Assembly (NCBI GenBank): GCA_035289645.1
Contig: DATDWL010000002.1
Coordinates: 759 to 64,758, forward strand
Direction of reading: 5' to 3'
DNA length: 64,000 nucleotides
Origin: Candidatus Peribacterales bacterium
GTDB taxonomy: Bacteria; Patescibacteriota; Gracilibacteria; Peribacterales; Peribacteraceae
This document shows, piece after piece, positions 7,828 through 15,832 of the stretch. Each line of letters starts with the position of its first letter. The first letter of the stretch is position 1. Made by a program: the position numbers and the translations under genes. Below the pieces are notes generated by a model. The model was not told the DNA's origin. It searched no databases and saw nothing but the letters and a program-made list of their open reading frames with translations.

Positions 7828-8358
7828 ATGCCAACCATCCATTGTACTGCTCCACTGGCACGCATCGGCTCATGGACAATTCTTCATCTGCCGAAGAGTG
7901 TCAGTGCAAAGCTTCCAACACGAGGCATGACGGTGGTGACGGGAACAATCAATGGCTCTCGCTTTCTGGCTCCGCTCGAACCAGACGGTAGGGGAAGTCA
8001 CTGGTTTCGATGGAGTAAAACTATGAGCAAAGCTACTGACGCGGACACAGGCGATACCGTAACGCTCGCGATGGAATCTACAAAAGAATGGCCGGAACCC
8101 ACAGTGCCGGCAGATGTGAAGAAGGCTCTTGCCTTGGCACCAAGGGCAAAAAAACTCTGGGAGGACATCACGCCAAGCGCGCGATGGGATTGGATCCGCT
8201 GGATACGTGCAACCAAAGAACCATCAACACGGGCAAGGCGAATCCGTGTGGCATGCTCGAAGCTCAAAGCTGGAGAGCGAAGACCATGTTGTTTTAACCG
8301 TAACCTTTGTACAGAACCCTCCGTATCGAAAAATGGAGTGCTTCTTGAGCCGATGTAA
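7828..8358 (+). CDS. YdeI/OmpD-associated family protein (DUF1905 plus YdeI domains)
   Basis: WTILHLPKSVSAKLPTRGMTVVTGTINGSRF... plus KKLWEDITPSARWDWIRWIRATKEPSTRARRI. Start set at ATG 7828, 6 nt after TGcTATCAT. Confidence 0.7.
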   Translation: MPTIHCTAPLARIGSWTILHLPKSVSAKLPTRGMTVVTGTINGSRFLAPLEPDGRGSHWFRWSKTMSKATDADTGDTVTLAMESTKEWPEPTVPADVKKALALAPRAKKLWEDITPSARWDWIRWIRATKEPSTRARRIRVACSKLKAGERRPCCFNRNLCTEPSVSKNGVLLEPM

Positions 8359-8419
8359 GCAATACAATCGTTTTAACTTTTTCTATCATCTTCACGCATT
8401 TTGCTACACTATATTTATC

Positions 8420-9247
8420 ATGTTCGACGCAAATCCTGCCAAGATTACCATCACCGCCTCCTATGCCTTCTTCCCCCTCACGCAGGCGGAGATTGTTGCG
8501 TTGCAGCAAGAATTGAAGATATTTGGCAACGAACGCGGAATGAAGGGTCTCGTATTGATTGCGCCGGAAGGGATTAATTCCACCGTGTGCGGCACTACTG
8601 ATGCGATTGCAGAGTGGAAAGTAAGGATGCGCATCTTGAAGAATGATATTGTTTTTAAAGATAGTCATGCGGAACGACTCGTATTTCGCCGCTGGTCAGT
8701 AAAAATGAAGCCAGAACTCATCACGCTCAAGCAGCCAGGTATAGAGCCTACAGGAAAGCATCATCACCTCACTCCCCATGAATGGAAGCGCATGATGGAA
8801 CGCGACGATGTCGTGATCGTTGATACGCGCAATTGGTTTGAAGTTGCGATTGGAAAATTTCGTAATGCCATCGATCCCACGATAAGGTGCTTTCAAGATT
8901 TTCCCGATGCGATCAAAGCCTCATCCATTCCCAAAGAGAAAACCGTGATGCTCTACTGCACGGGGGGAATCCGCTGCGAAAAGGCAGTACTCACGATGGA
9001 AGCGCAGGGCTATACGAATGTGTATCAATTGGAGGGCGGCATCCTTGCGTACATGGAACAGTATCCGCATGACGCTTTCGAGGGCGAATGCTTCGTCTTC
9101 GATCACCGCGTCGCGCTCGATCAAGAATTGCAACCATCAACCACCTATCATCTCTGCAAACAATGCGGAGATCCCGCGACGAAGACTGCATGCAAGAGCT
9201 GCACCAAGAAGGCGGAGCAGGCGGATCAACTCGTTCGTAGGGGATAG
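8420..9247 (+). CDS. trhO: Rhodanese-domain tRNA uridine(34) hydroxylase (TrhO/YceA, UPF0176)
   Basis: SYAFFPL...GLVLIAPEGINSTVCG, a rhodanese segment (MLYCTGGIRCEKA) and a C-terminal Cys cluster. Start moved to ATG 8420, 9 nt after TGcTACACT. Confidence 0.85.
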   Translation: MFDANPAKITITASYAFFPLTQAEIVALQQELKIFGNERGMKGLVLIAPEGINSTVCGTTDAIAEWKVRMRILKNDIVFKDSHAERLVFRRWSVKMKPELITLKQPGIEPTGKHHHLTPHEWKRMMERDDVVIVDTRNWFEVAIGKFRNAIDPTIRCFQDFPDAIKASSIPKEKTVMLYCTGGIRCEKAVLTMEAQGYTNVYQLEGGILAYMEQYPHDAFEGECFVFDHRVALDQELQPSTTYHLCKQCGDPATKTACKSCTKKAEQADQLVRRG

Positions 9248-9254
9248 ATTGCTT

Positions 9255-9683
9255 CTAACAGAAGAAGAGGCAGAACACCCATTTGACAGCCTTCGCAATC
9301 GAACCACCCGTCCGAACAAAAATGTTTCCGGTGTCTTCTTTTGTTTCCACCGAAGAGGAGGATGAAGATGATGTCGAAGACGAGGATTCCACAACGCGGA
9401 CTTTTGCAATATTTGTTGCACTCAAAGAGGTGCTGGAAGTGCTTGAAGAACTCGTCCATCCAACACGTGTACTTGCCGAAGAGGAACTCACAGAGCTCGC
9501 GGCATCTTGGAGCTCGTAGAGCGGGGGATTTCCTCCCGGCTTTGCGATGCATGTTCCGGGAAAGATATTATCGATGAGCGAGGAGCAGATCAGTGGTGCC
9601 GCGCAGTCGCTTGGGGAGTAGCAGGCGCCTTCTGCGTGCCCGAGGATGGGGAAAAGCATGATGAGGAGAGCGAGGAACTTCAT
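9255..9683 (-). CDS. Secreted Cys-motif / poly-Ser protein, hypothetical
   Basis: Signal peptide, a 4-Cys module (CYSPSDCAAPLICSS...GTC), then long Ser runs. 4-nt ATGA overlap with the upstream gene. Confidence 0.55.
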   Translation of the reverse strand: MKFLALLIMLFPILGHAEGACYSPSDCAAPLICSSLIDNIFPGTCIAKPGGNPPLYELQDAASSVSSSSASTRVGWTSSSSTSSTSLSATNIAKVRVVESSSSTSSSSSSSVETKEDTGNIFVRTGGSIAKAVKWVFCLFFC

Positions 9684-9994
9684 AGGGAGGATGTGGGAAG
9701 TGCGGAACCAGAGGACGAAGATGATTCGGCGGAGTTGGCAGGAGTGAGTGGAATGCCGGAAAGCTCCAAGAGTTTTCGCCCCTCTTCGCGGTGCTGAATG
9801 TAGACTGCGCGGTCACGCAGCCGCTTAATTTTCCGCAGGAGAAAGAACGATGTCAAACGTTCCGTCTGCGCCTGCGGCGTGAGCGCCGTCTCCGTATCGT
9901 TTTTACCGAATATTCCACTGAAGAAGAGTGCGGTGGCGGTTACTCCTACGAGCAGCAGGATGCCGAGCCCGATCATGAGAGGGGATTTTTTCAT
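9680..9994 (-). CDS. Hypothetical single-pass membrane protein
   Basis: 104 aa with an N-terminal TM segment (IGLGILLLVGVTATALFF). Overlaps both neighbouring genes by 4 nt. Confidence 0.5.
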   Translation of the reverse strand: MKKSPLMIGLGILLLVGVTATALFFSGIFGKNDTETALTPQAQTERLTSFFLLRKIKRLRDRAVYIQHREEGRKLLELSGIPLTPANSAESSSSSGSALPTSSL

Positions 9995-10962
9995 GAGGAG
10001 GGGAATTGTTGCGAAATCCGGGTAAGGAGATCTTCGAGCCCGGTGATGAATGTTTCGAATGATGCGGGACTCAGCTTTTCTGCGGATGTCGTGAGGAGTG
10101 CTGCGGATTCCTCCATAAATCCCTGCGAATCGATGCCTTGTCCTTCAAGCTGTGTGAGATAGGTATGGAGCTGTACGAGGAGTGAATGCGCATCCGCGAG
10201 AATCATCGACGTATTTGCGGCGGTCGCATAGGAAAGCAGTTTTCCCGCAAACGTATCAAACCTCGCAAGCCATGCGGTGAGTTCTTGATTGCCGGTGATA
10301 ATGGCTAATTGCTGTTCGAGTGCAGATTGATCTTTCTTCAGGGATGTTCCGTTCATGCCATCAACGAGGATATCGATGGCATCTACTATTTCTTGCAGGA
10401 GTGCTGTCACTTCCATTCGAAAATCGCTAAGGTCGGGGCCGCTCTCCTCGGGGAATATTTTTTCCTGCGCATTCGCAAAAGCGGCATAGAATTCTTTTCG
10501 TTCGTCATCACTCCGAATGTACTGCGATTGCCGCATTAGATTTTGAGCGCTCTTCCGGATTTCATTCGCATCCACCGTACTCGTGCGGGCAATGCGTTCT
10601 GCGTTAGAGCCAAGCGATGCGAGGTAGATTCGTACCCTGACCATTGCTGCAGCTTCCGGATCCATGAGTGAAGAAGCATCGCGACTGATGCGTTCCTGCC
10701 ATCCGGTTCCAAAGTAACTGGAGGCAAGAGCGTAGAACGCATCCGGATCGCCTGCGCTTTCCGCTATTGCCGTGAGTTCGCTCGGCACGGGAGCATTCTG
10801 CGTTTCGAGCGATCGGATGATCGAGCGGACGGACGGCAACCCCACGTTCTCGATAAAGAGGATCTTCGTTTGATCTGCCGGAATGCTCTGTGCCTCTGCG
10901 TTTTGCGAGAGAAATCCGCAGAAAAGGCAAAGGACGAGAAGGGAACCAAGACGTATTCTCAT
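9991..10962 (-). CDS. Hypothetical secreted helical protein
   Basis: Start set at MRIRLGSLLVLCLFCGFLSQNAEA (signal peptide). About 323 aa, no family recognised. Confidence 0.55.
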   Translation of the reverse strand: MRIRLGSLLVLCLFCGFLSQNAEAQSIPADQTKILFIENVGLPSVRSIIRSLETQNAPVPSELTAIAESAGDPDAFYALASSYFGTGWQERISRDASSLMDPEAAAMVRVRIYLASLGSNAERIARTSTVDANEIRKSAQNLMRQSQYIRSDDERKEFYAAFANAQEKIFPEESGPDLSDFRMEVTALLQEIVDAIDILVDGMNGTSLKKDQSALEQQLAIITGNQELTAWLARFDTFAGKLLSYATAANTSMILADAHSLLVQLHTYLTQLEGQGIDSQGFMEESAALLTTSAEKLSPASFETFITGLEDLLTRISQQFPSS

Positions 10963-10992
10963 GTGCGGGAGGCAGCATACCCGATCTTTCGG

Positions 10993-10998
10993 TAGAAT
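10993..10998 (+). promoter_or_regulatory. -10 box TAGAAT, 8 nt upstream of the alaS ATG
   Basis: cggTAGAATgcagaacgATG. Confidence 0.4.
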
Positions 10999-11006
10999 GC
11001 AGAACG

Positions 11007-12935
11007 ATGTCACCATCCAGTACTTCCACTATCCGTACGGCGTACCTTGAGTACTTTAAAAGCAAGAGTCATGCGGTGATTCCAAGTGCATCGCTCTTGC
11101 CTGACAACGATCCGACAACGCTCTTCACAGGGTCCGGCATGCAGCCCATGCTGCCGTACCTTCTTGGCGAAAAACATCCGCTTGGCCTTCGGATGACGGA
11201 TAGCCAAAAATCATTCCGGAGCCAAGACATCGAAGAGGTGGGGGATAACCGTCACACGACGTTCTTCGAAATGTTGGGGAACTGGTCGCTCGGAGATTAC
11301 TTTAAAGCGGAGCAGATTCCGTGGATGTTCGAATTCCTTACAAAGATCATCAAGCTCGATCCCTCCCGCATATACGTCACCGTGTTCCGCGGGAATGATG
11401 TCATCCCGCGCGATGATGAATCAATCGTGGTCTGGAAGAATGTTTTTTCTTCCATCGGCATCGAATCGAAGGTTATAGATTTTGCCGAACGCGATGGCAT
11501 GCAGGGCGGAAGAATTTTCTCGTACGATGAATCCAAGAACTGGTGGAGCCGCATGGGCGCGCCATCCACGATGCCACTTGGGGAGCCCGGAGGACCCGAT
11601 TCCGAGATGTTCTTCGATTTCGGCGTCCATCGGAAACTCCACGAGAGTTCGATCTGGAAAGATCGTCCGTGCCATGTAAATTGCGACTGCGGGAGGTTCC
11701 TCGAAATCGGCAATAACGTCTTTATGGAATACGTCAAAACATCCACGGGATTCCAGAAGCTTTCTCAGCGCAATGTGGATTTTGGCGGAGGACTCGAAAG
11801 GATTGCCGCAGCGCTTCGCGATGATCCCGATGTATTCCGTATCGATCTCTTTGATTCTCTGCGTGAAGAGTTGGAAAAGCTTTCTGGAAAAACGTACGGA
11901 GTCGACGAGCGGGATACCCATGCATTCCGTGTCATTCTGGATCACTTGCGCGGTGCCACGATGTTGACGGGAGATGGGGCGCCGCCAAGCAATAAAGATC
12001 AAGGTTATTTTACGCGCAGAATGCTCCGACGAGCGATTCGCTATGCGCACACGCTTGGCATTACAGATCACTTTTGCGGTCGCTGTGCTGGCGCCGTGAT
12101 TGCGGCATACGGCGACGCGTATCCGGAACTTGCGAAGAAGAAGGACGATATCATTCGAGTCTTCTCGCTCGAAGAGGAGCAATTCCAACGGACGCTTGCG
12201 CGCGGGGAGAAAGAGCTTAAAGAGTATCTCGCGACCGAAGGGGTGTTGAGTGGAGCAAAAGCATTCTACTTCTTCGAAACCTACGGGTTTCCACTCGAGC
12301 TCATCGAAGAGCTCCTCAAAGAACAGGGTAAAGCGCTCACCGATCGTGCGGGGTTTGATTCCGCGCGCGGTGTTCACCAAGAGAAGAGTCGCGAGGGTGC
12401 GACGGGAAAATTCGCAGGCGGTCTTGCCGATCACAGCAGCGAAACCACCAAGCTCCATACAGCAACGCATCTTCTGAATGCGGCGCTTCGGAAAGTGCTT
12501 GGGTCCCATGTGGAACAGAAAGGATCCAACATCACGCAGGATCGCTTGCGGTTCGACTTCAACCATTCCGAAAAAATGACTCCCGAACAGATTGCGGAGG
12601 TAGAGAGGCTCGTGAACGAAGCAATTAGAGCGGATCTTCCCGTTTGCTACCATGTGACGACGGTGGAGAGTGCAAAAGCGGAACGTGCGATTGGCGTCTT
12701 TGATGATCGCTATGGCAGCGAGGTGAAGGTGTACCAAATAGGGGATGGATCGTTCAGTAAAGAGATCTGCGGCGGGCCGCATGTTGCACGCACGGGAATG
12801 ATCGGGTCATTCACCATCCAAAAAGAGGAAAGCTCTTCCGCGGGTATACGAAGAATCAAAGCAGTCATCGCCGGTGGTTCTGCCGAGATTGCGGTGGCGG
12901 GGGAGAGCATGACGCCGTACCATGCAGAATCATGA
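11007..12935 (+). CDS. alaS: Alanine--tRNA ligase, short form lacking the C-Ala domain
   Basis: FFEMLGNWSLGDYFK, editing-domain motifs HTATHLLNAALR and CGGPHV. 642 aa from ATG 11007, and it ends shortly after the editing domain. Confidence 0.9.
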   Translation: MSPSSTSTIRTAYLEYFKSKSHAVIPSASLLPDNDPTTLFTGSGMQPMLPYLLGEKHPLGLRMTDSQKSFRSQDIEEVGDNRHTTFFEMLGNWSLGDYFKAEQIPWMFEFLTKIIKLDPSRIYVTVFRGNDVIPRDDESIVVWKNVFSSIGIESKVIDFAERDGMQGGRIFSYDESKNWWSRMGAPSTMPLGEPGGPDSEMFFDFGVHRKLHESSIWKDRPCHVNCDCGRFLEIGNNVFMEYVKTSTGFQKLSQRNVDFGGGLERIAAALRDDPDVFRIDLFDSLREELEKLSGKTYGVDERDTHAFRVILDHLRGATMLTGDGAPPSNKDQGYFTRRMLRRAIRYAHTLGITDHFCGRCAGAVIAAYGDAYPELAKKKDDIIRVFSLEEEQFQRTLARGEKELKEYLATEGVLSGAKAFYFFETYGFPLELIEELLKEQGKALTDRAGFDSARGVHQEKSREGATGKFAGGLADHSSETTKLHTATHLLNAALRKVLGSHVEQKGSNITQDRLRFDFNHSEKMTPEQIAEVERLVNEAIRADLPVCYHVTTVESAKAERAIGVFDDRYGSEVKVYQIGDGSFSKEICGGPHVARTGMIGSFTIQKEESSSAGIRRIKAVIAGGSAEIAVAGESMTPYHAES

Positions 12936-14155
12936 GGATTCGGTCGTACTCTTTTTGGCGGATGACGGTGCAACTTAGCTGCGCTTGCTGCCTTGGTCTT
13001 GCGCTGCTCCTTATTCCATCGCATTCCTTCGCTGCGGAACGGGTGTATGAACTGTGGGAGTTTATGAAGGATGAGGATATCGATGCATGGCACTATGTGG
13101 GGCTCGATGAAGGGGAGCTCATGAGCGAAGGGCTTCGTTTTAATGTCAAAGATCGTGCGGTGATCTTCCGTCCGCTGCCCGAAGGATTCCACCAGCATGT
13201 GGATGCTCTTCGGTTCCGATGGGATGCGACAGGACTCGACGAAGTCGCCGTGCTTTTTCTCACGCTTGATGATGATGGACAAATCGCAAAGCGATTCCGT
13301 CTCTCGTTCCCCGTCTCGAAGGGGCCCACGAATGAATACATTCCGATCGATTTCTACCGTAAGGATATCGAAGGTTCGGATGTCCTTGCAGTGACATTTG
13401 TCGGCAATGCAAACAATGTTGTGTTCGATAGCGTTCGATTCCTCCACTACACGCTGTTCGAAAAAATCCGTGGGGTGTGGGAAAGCTTTGCAGATCTCCA
13501 GCCATTGACGCCCTATTCCATCAATATTCTCCTCGGCCCCACGATCACAAGCGATATCGGCTCTTACCGCGATTACCGCGATTGGCGCCAGCTCTCGCTC
13601 TCGCTCAATGCATATCTCCTCGTTGGTATAGCGCTTTTTAGTATCGCCCTCCTCTTCGTCGGCCTTGCGCGCACGCGCCGCGGTGCACAGTGGGAGGATG
13701 TGCGGGGCATGATTCTCCGCACGCTCTTTGCGGGAATATTTGCCGTGTGGATCCTGTATGATGTGCGCATGGGTGCGGAGTTTATTGCGAATGTATTCCA
13801 TGATCGCTCGACATATTTTGCCGCCGAACCAGCGGAGTCCTCATTCCGCGATATCGGAAAATTCCCAGCCTTCGTTGCGTTTGCAAAACCATTCCTCAAA
13901 GAGGAAGAGGCGTATGAATTCTTCGTTCCCGATCGTTGGCCGTATTTCGGCATGATGCGCTACGAGACCTATCCAGCACTACCAAATCCCGGTGACCCGG
14001 TTTCCGATCTCTGGGTGGTATTCAGTCGCACAGATATGAGTATCGATGAGGAAAACAGACTTCTTCTCGCCGGCAAACCGATTACAGCCCCCGGAATCTT
14101 GGTGGCGCGATTCGATGCAAAATCATTTATTTTCCGCGGCGCCTACGCACCATGA
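12932..14155 (+). CDS. Hypothetical membrane protein (signal peptide, extracytoplasmic domain, TM region)
   Basis: 407-aa ORF. Its ATG overlaps the alaS stop (ATGA). Confidence 0.6.
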   Translation: MRIRSYSFWRMTVQLSCACCLGLALLLIPSHSFAAERVYELWEFMKDEDIDAWHYVGLDEGELMSEGLRFNVKDRAVIFRPLPEGFHQHVDALRFRWDATGLDEVAVLFLTLDDDGQIAKRFRLSFPVSKGPTNEYIPIDFYRKDIEGSDVLAVTFVGNANNVVFDSVRFLHYTLFEKIRGVWESFADLQPLTPYSINILLGPTITSDIGSYRDYRDWRQLSLSLNAYLLVGIALFSIALLFVGLARTRRGAQWEDVRGMILRTLFAGIFAVWILYDVRMGAEFIANVFHDRSTYFAAEPAESSFRDIGKFPAFVAFAKPFLKEEEAYEFFVPDRWPYFGMMRYETYPALPNPGDPVSDLWVVFSRTDMSIDEENRLLLAGKPITAPGILVARFDAKSFIFRGAYAP

Positions 14156-15579
14156 TGATTATCCGCACTCTTTTCGCGCTTGCACTGCTCCTCGTGGAAG
14201 GGGCGCTTTTTCTTCGGCTTGTGCAGGGAAAACATTCGGTTCTCTCCCTTCTCGAGTATGTGGCGTATGGATTGCTCCTCGGATCGGCACTCGTCGCATA
14301 TGTCATTTTTGGTGCAGCGCTTGTCGGTGTGCCGCTCTCGCTCAAGGGATTATTGTGGGTCCATCAGGGGATATTCATTGTCCTGATCGTTCTCATTCTC
14401 TGGCGGTGCAGAACGATCATTCCTCCAACCGTACCTCTTCTGCCTCCTTCCTCCTTTAAAGAACAAAAACTGTCACGATGGCTTACGGTGCTCGTTGGCC
14501 TCCTCGCAGGTTTTGCGATCATCAAAATTCTCATTGGTGGATACGATCTTCTCCTCTCTCCCGTGTACTTTAACGATACATACGCAAACTGGAATATGCG
14601 CTCGAAAGCGTTCTTTACGAATGAGTCGCTCATGCTGGATCTCCCGGCTGAGGATGAGATGTACTTTGGAGGACGTGTGCCGAGCTATCCGCTTGCAGTC
14701 TATCTCTCGAAGGTATGGCTTGCGAAAGCAGCCGGCGGATGGAGCGAAGGAGTTGTGAACAGTATTCACGGCGCGTGGTTTCTTGCGCTCCTTGCTTCGT
14801 TCTTCGCTGGGCTGCGCCGAGAGGGGAATACCCTCTGGGCCCTTGCCGGAACGTATGCGCTCACGAGCCTGCCCCTCCTCCTCATCCATGGGATGAATCC
14901 CTATGCCGATGTCCTCATGGCCGCATTTCTTTTTGTCGTTCTCTTTTCTTTTCTTCGGTGGATGCGTTCCGATGTTGCCGCCGACCAGAATGTATGGCTC
15001 CGTATTTTCGGTGTGATGACTGCTGCGATGCTCTTTGTTAAGAACGAGGCGATGCTCATTTTCCTTCCGCCGCTTATTCTTGTATTTGCTTTCTCCTGCA
15101 TTCGATTCGGCAAGTTGATTCTCCGTTTCCGTGGTGATGATTTCAGCCGTTGGGCGGCGATAGTTTCTGTTGTGGCTGTTCCGTGGATGTTCTTTAAGGT
15201 CATGCACGGGCTCACCTTCGGCAATGCCACCGGCGTTTCTGGTTTTTCGCTTGTTCCGCAAGAAGGAGTGGCATTTGCGATCGAAGGAGATCTCTTCTTT
15301 ACCGGGGGATACCTTCTCCTCTTCCCACTCTGTATTCTCCTCCTCTTCCTTGGTTTCCATCATTGGAGGAAGGATCCTTTACGGCTCATCATTCTCTACC
15401 TCTTCATTGTATTTGCCGGTGAATTTTTCATTTATGCGCTTACGCCACTGTCGATCGAGGCCATTCGCCATACGGGATTTGGTCGAGGCATGGTTCACCT
15501 TCTTCCACTCATCGTTTTCGTGTGCATATTGCTGCTACAGCGGCTTTTGACTCCCAAGAAATCTTCTTCATTGATCTGA
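14152..15579 (+). CDS. Polytopic membrane protein, possibly a GT-C-fold glycosyltransferase
   Basis: 475 aa with at least 10 hydrophobic segments. ATGA overlap with the upstream gene. The family assignment is tentative. Confidence 0.55.
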   Translation: MMIIRTLFALALLLVEGALFLRLVQGKHSVLSLLEYVAYGLLLGSALVAYVIFGAALVGVPLSLKGLLWVHQGIFIVLIVLILWRCRTIIPPTVPLLPPSSFKEQKLSRWLTVLVGLLAGFAIIKILIGGYDLLLSPVYFNDTYANWNMRSKAFFTNESLMLDLPAEDEMYFGGRVPSYPLAVYLSKVWLAKAAGGWSEGVVNSIHGAWFLALLASFFAGLRREGNTLWALAGTYALTSLPLLLIHGMNPYADVLMAAFLFVVLFSFLRWMRSDVAADQNVWLRIFGVMTAAMLFVKNEAMLIFLPPLILVFAFSCIRFGKLILRFRGDDFSRWAAIVSVVAVPWMFFKVMHGLTFGNATGVSGFSLVPQEGVAFAIEGDLFFTGGYLLLFPLCILLLFLGFHHWRKDPLRLIILYLFIVFAGEFFIYALTPLSIEAIRHTGFGRGMVHLLPLIVFVCILLLQRLLTPKKSSSLI

Positions 15580-15710
15580 GGAAATTCGGTTCGTTCCTTG
15601 GTGGGGCGAATCGCCATTTTTTCCTCTACATGTTCGCGCAAGCACACAGAATTATTTTTTGAACGATTGCTGGCAGGAGTCAAAGCGAAGTGGTGGCGCG
15701 CCGCACAAAA

Positions 15711-15759
15711 AGCGCATATCTTGTATTGGTTACGTCCTGATTGACACTACATATTGTGC
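15711..15759 (+). promoter_or_regulatory. Candidate tandem NrdR boxes upstream of nrdJ
   Basis: acactacatattgtgc (15744-15759) and agcgcatatcttgtat (15711-15726), starts 33 bp apart. Each matches about 10 of 16 positions of the NrdR-box consensus as I recall it (acaCwAtATaTwGtgt). Confidence 0.35.
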
Positions 15760-15832
15760 TGATCGGTGTTTCTGCTCTCGGTGAAGCCTAAAAAATATCA
15801 CCGTTTTCTGTTCCATTCTCACTTTCCTTCCC

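Noticed and set aside
11421-12782. Long antisense ORFs opposite well-supported genes. Examples: 11421-12782 (453 aa, opposite alaS), 12710-13801, 14473-15363, 5677-6453, 24969-25778, 33592-34470, 46967-47671, 47874-48719, 37589-38482, 57964-58824, 59017-59895, 61032-61814.
   Set aside because: Each lies entirely within a gene that has clear family motifs or a coherent membrane/secreted architecture on the other strand. Their translations are Arg/Ser/His-rich with low complexity and no motifs. These are typical shadow ORFs.
15580-15832. Cobalamin riboswitch upstream of nrdJ (and upstream of the btuF-like gene at 51983-52079).
   Set aside because: No B12-box-like GCCACTG core or the surrounding conserved helices were found. 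The btuF-like gene has essentially no 5' UTR.
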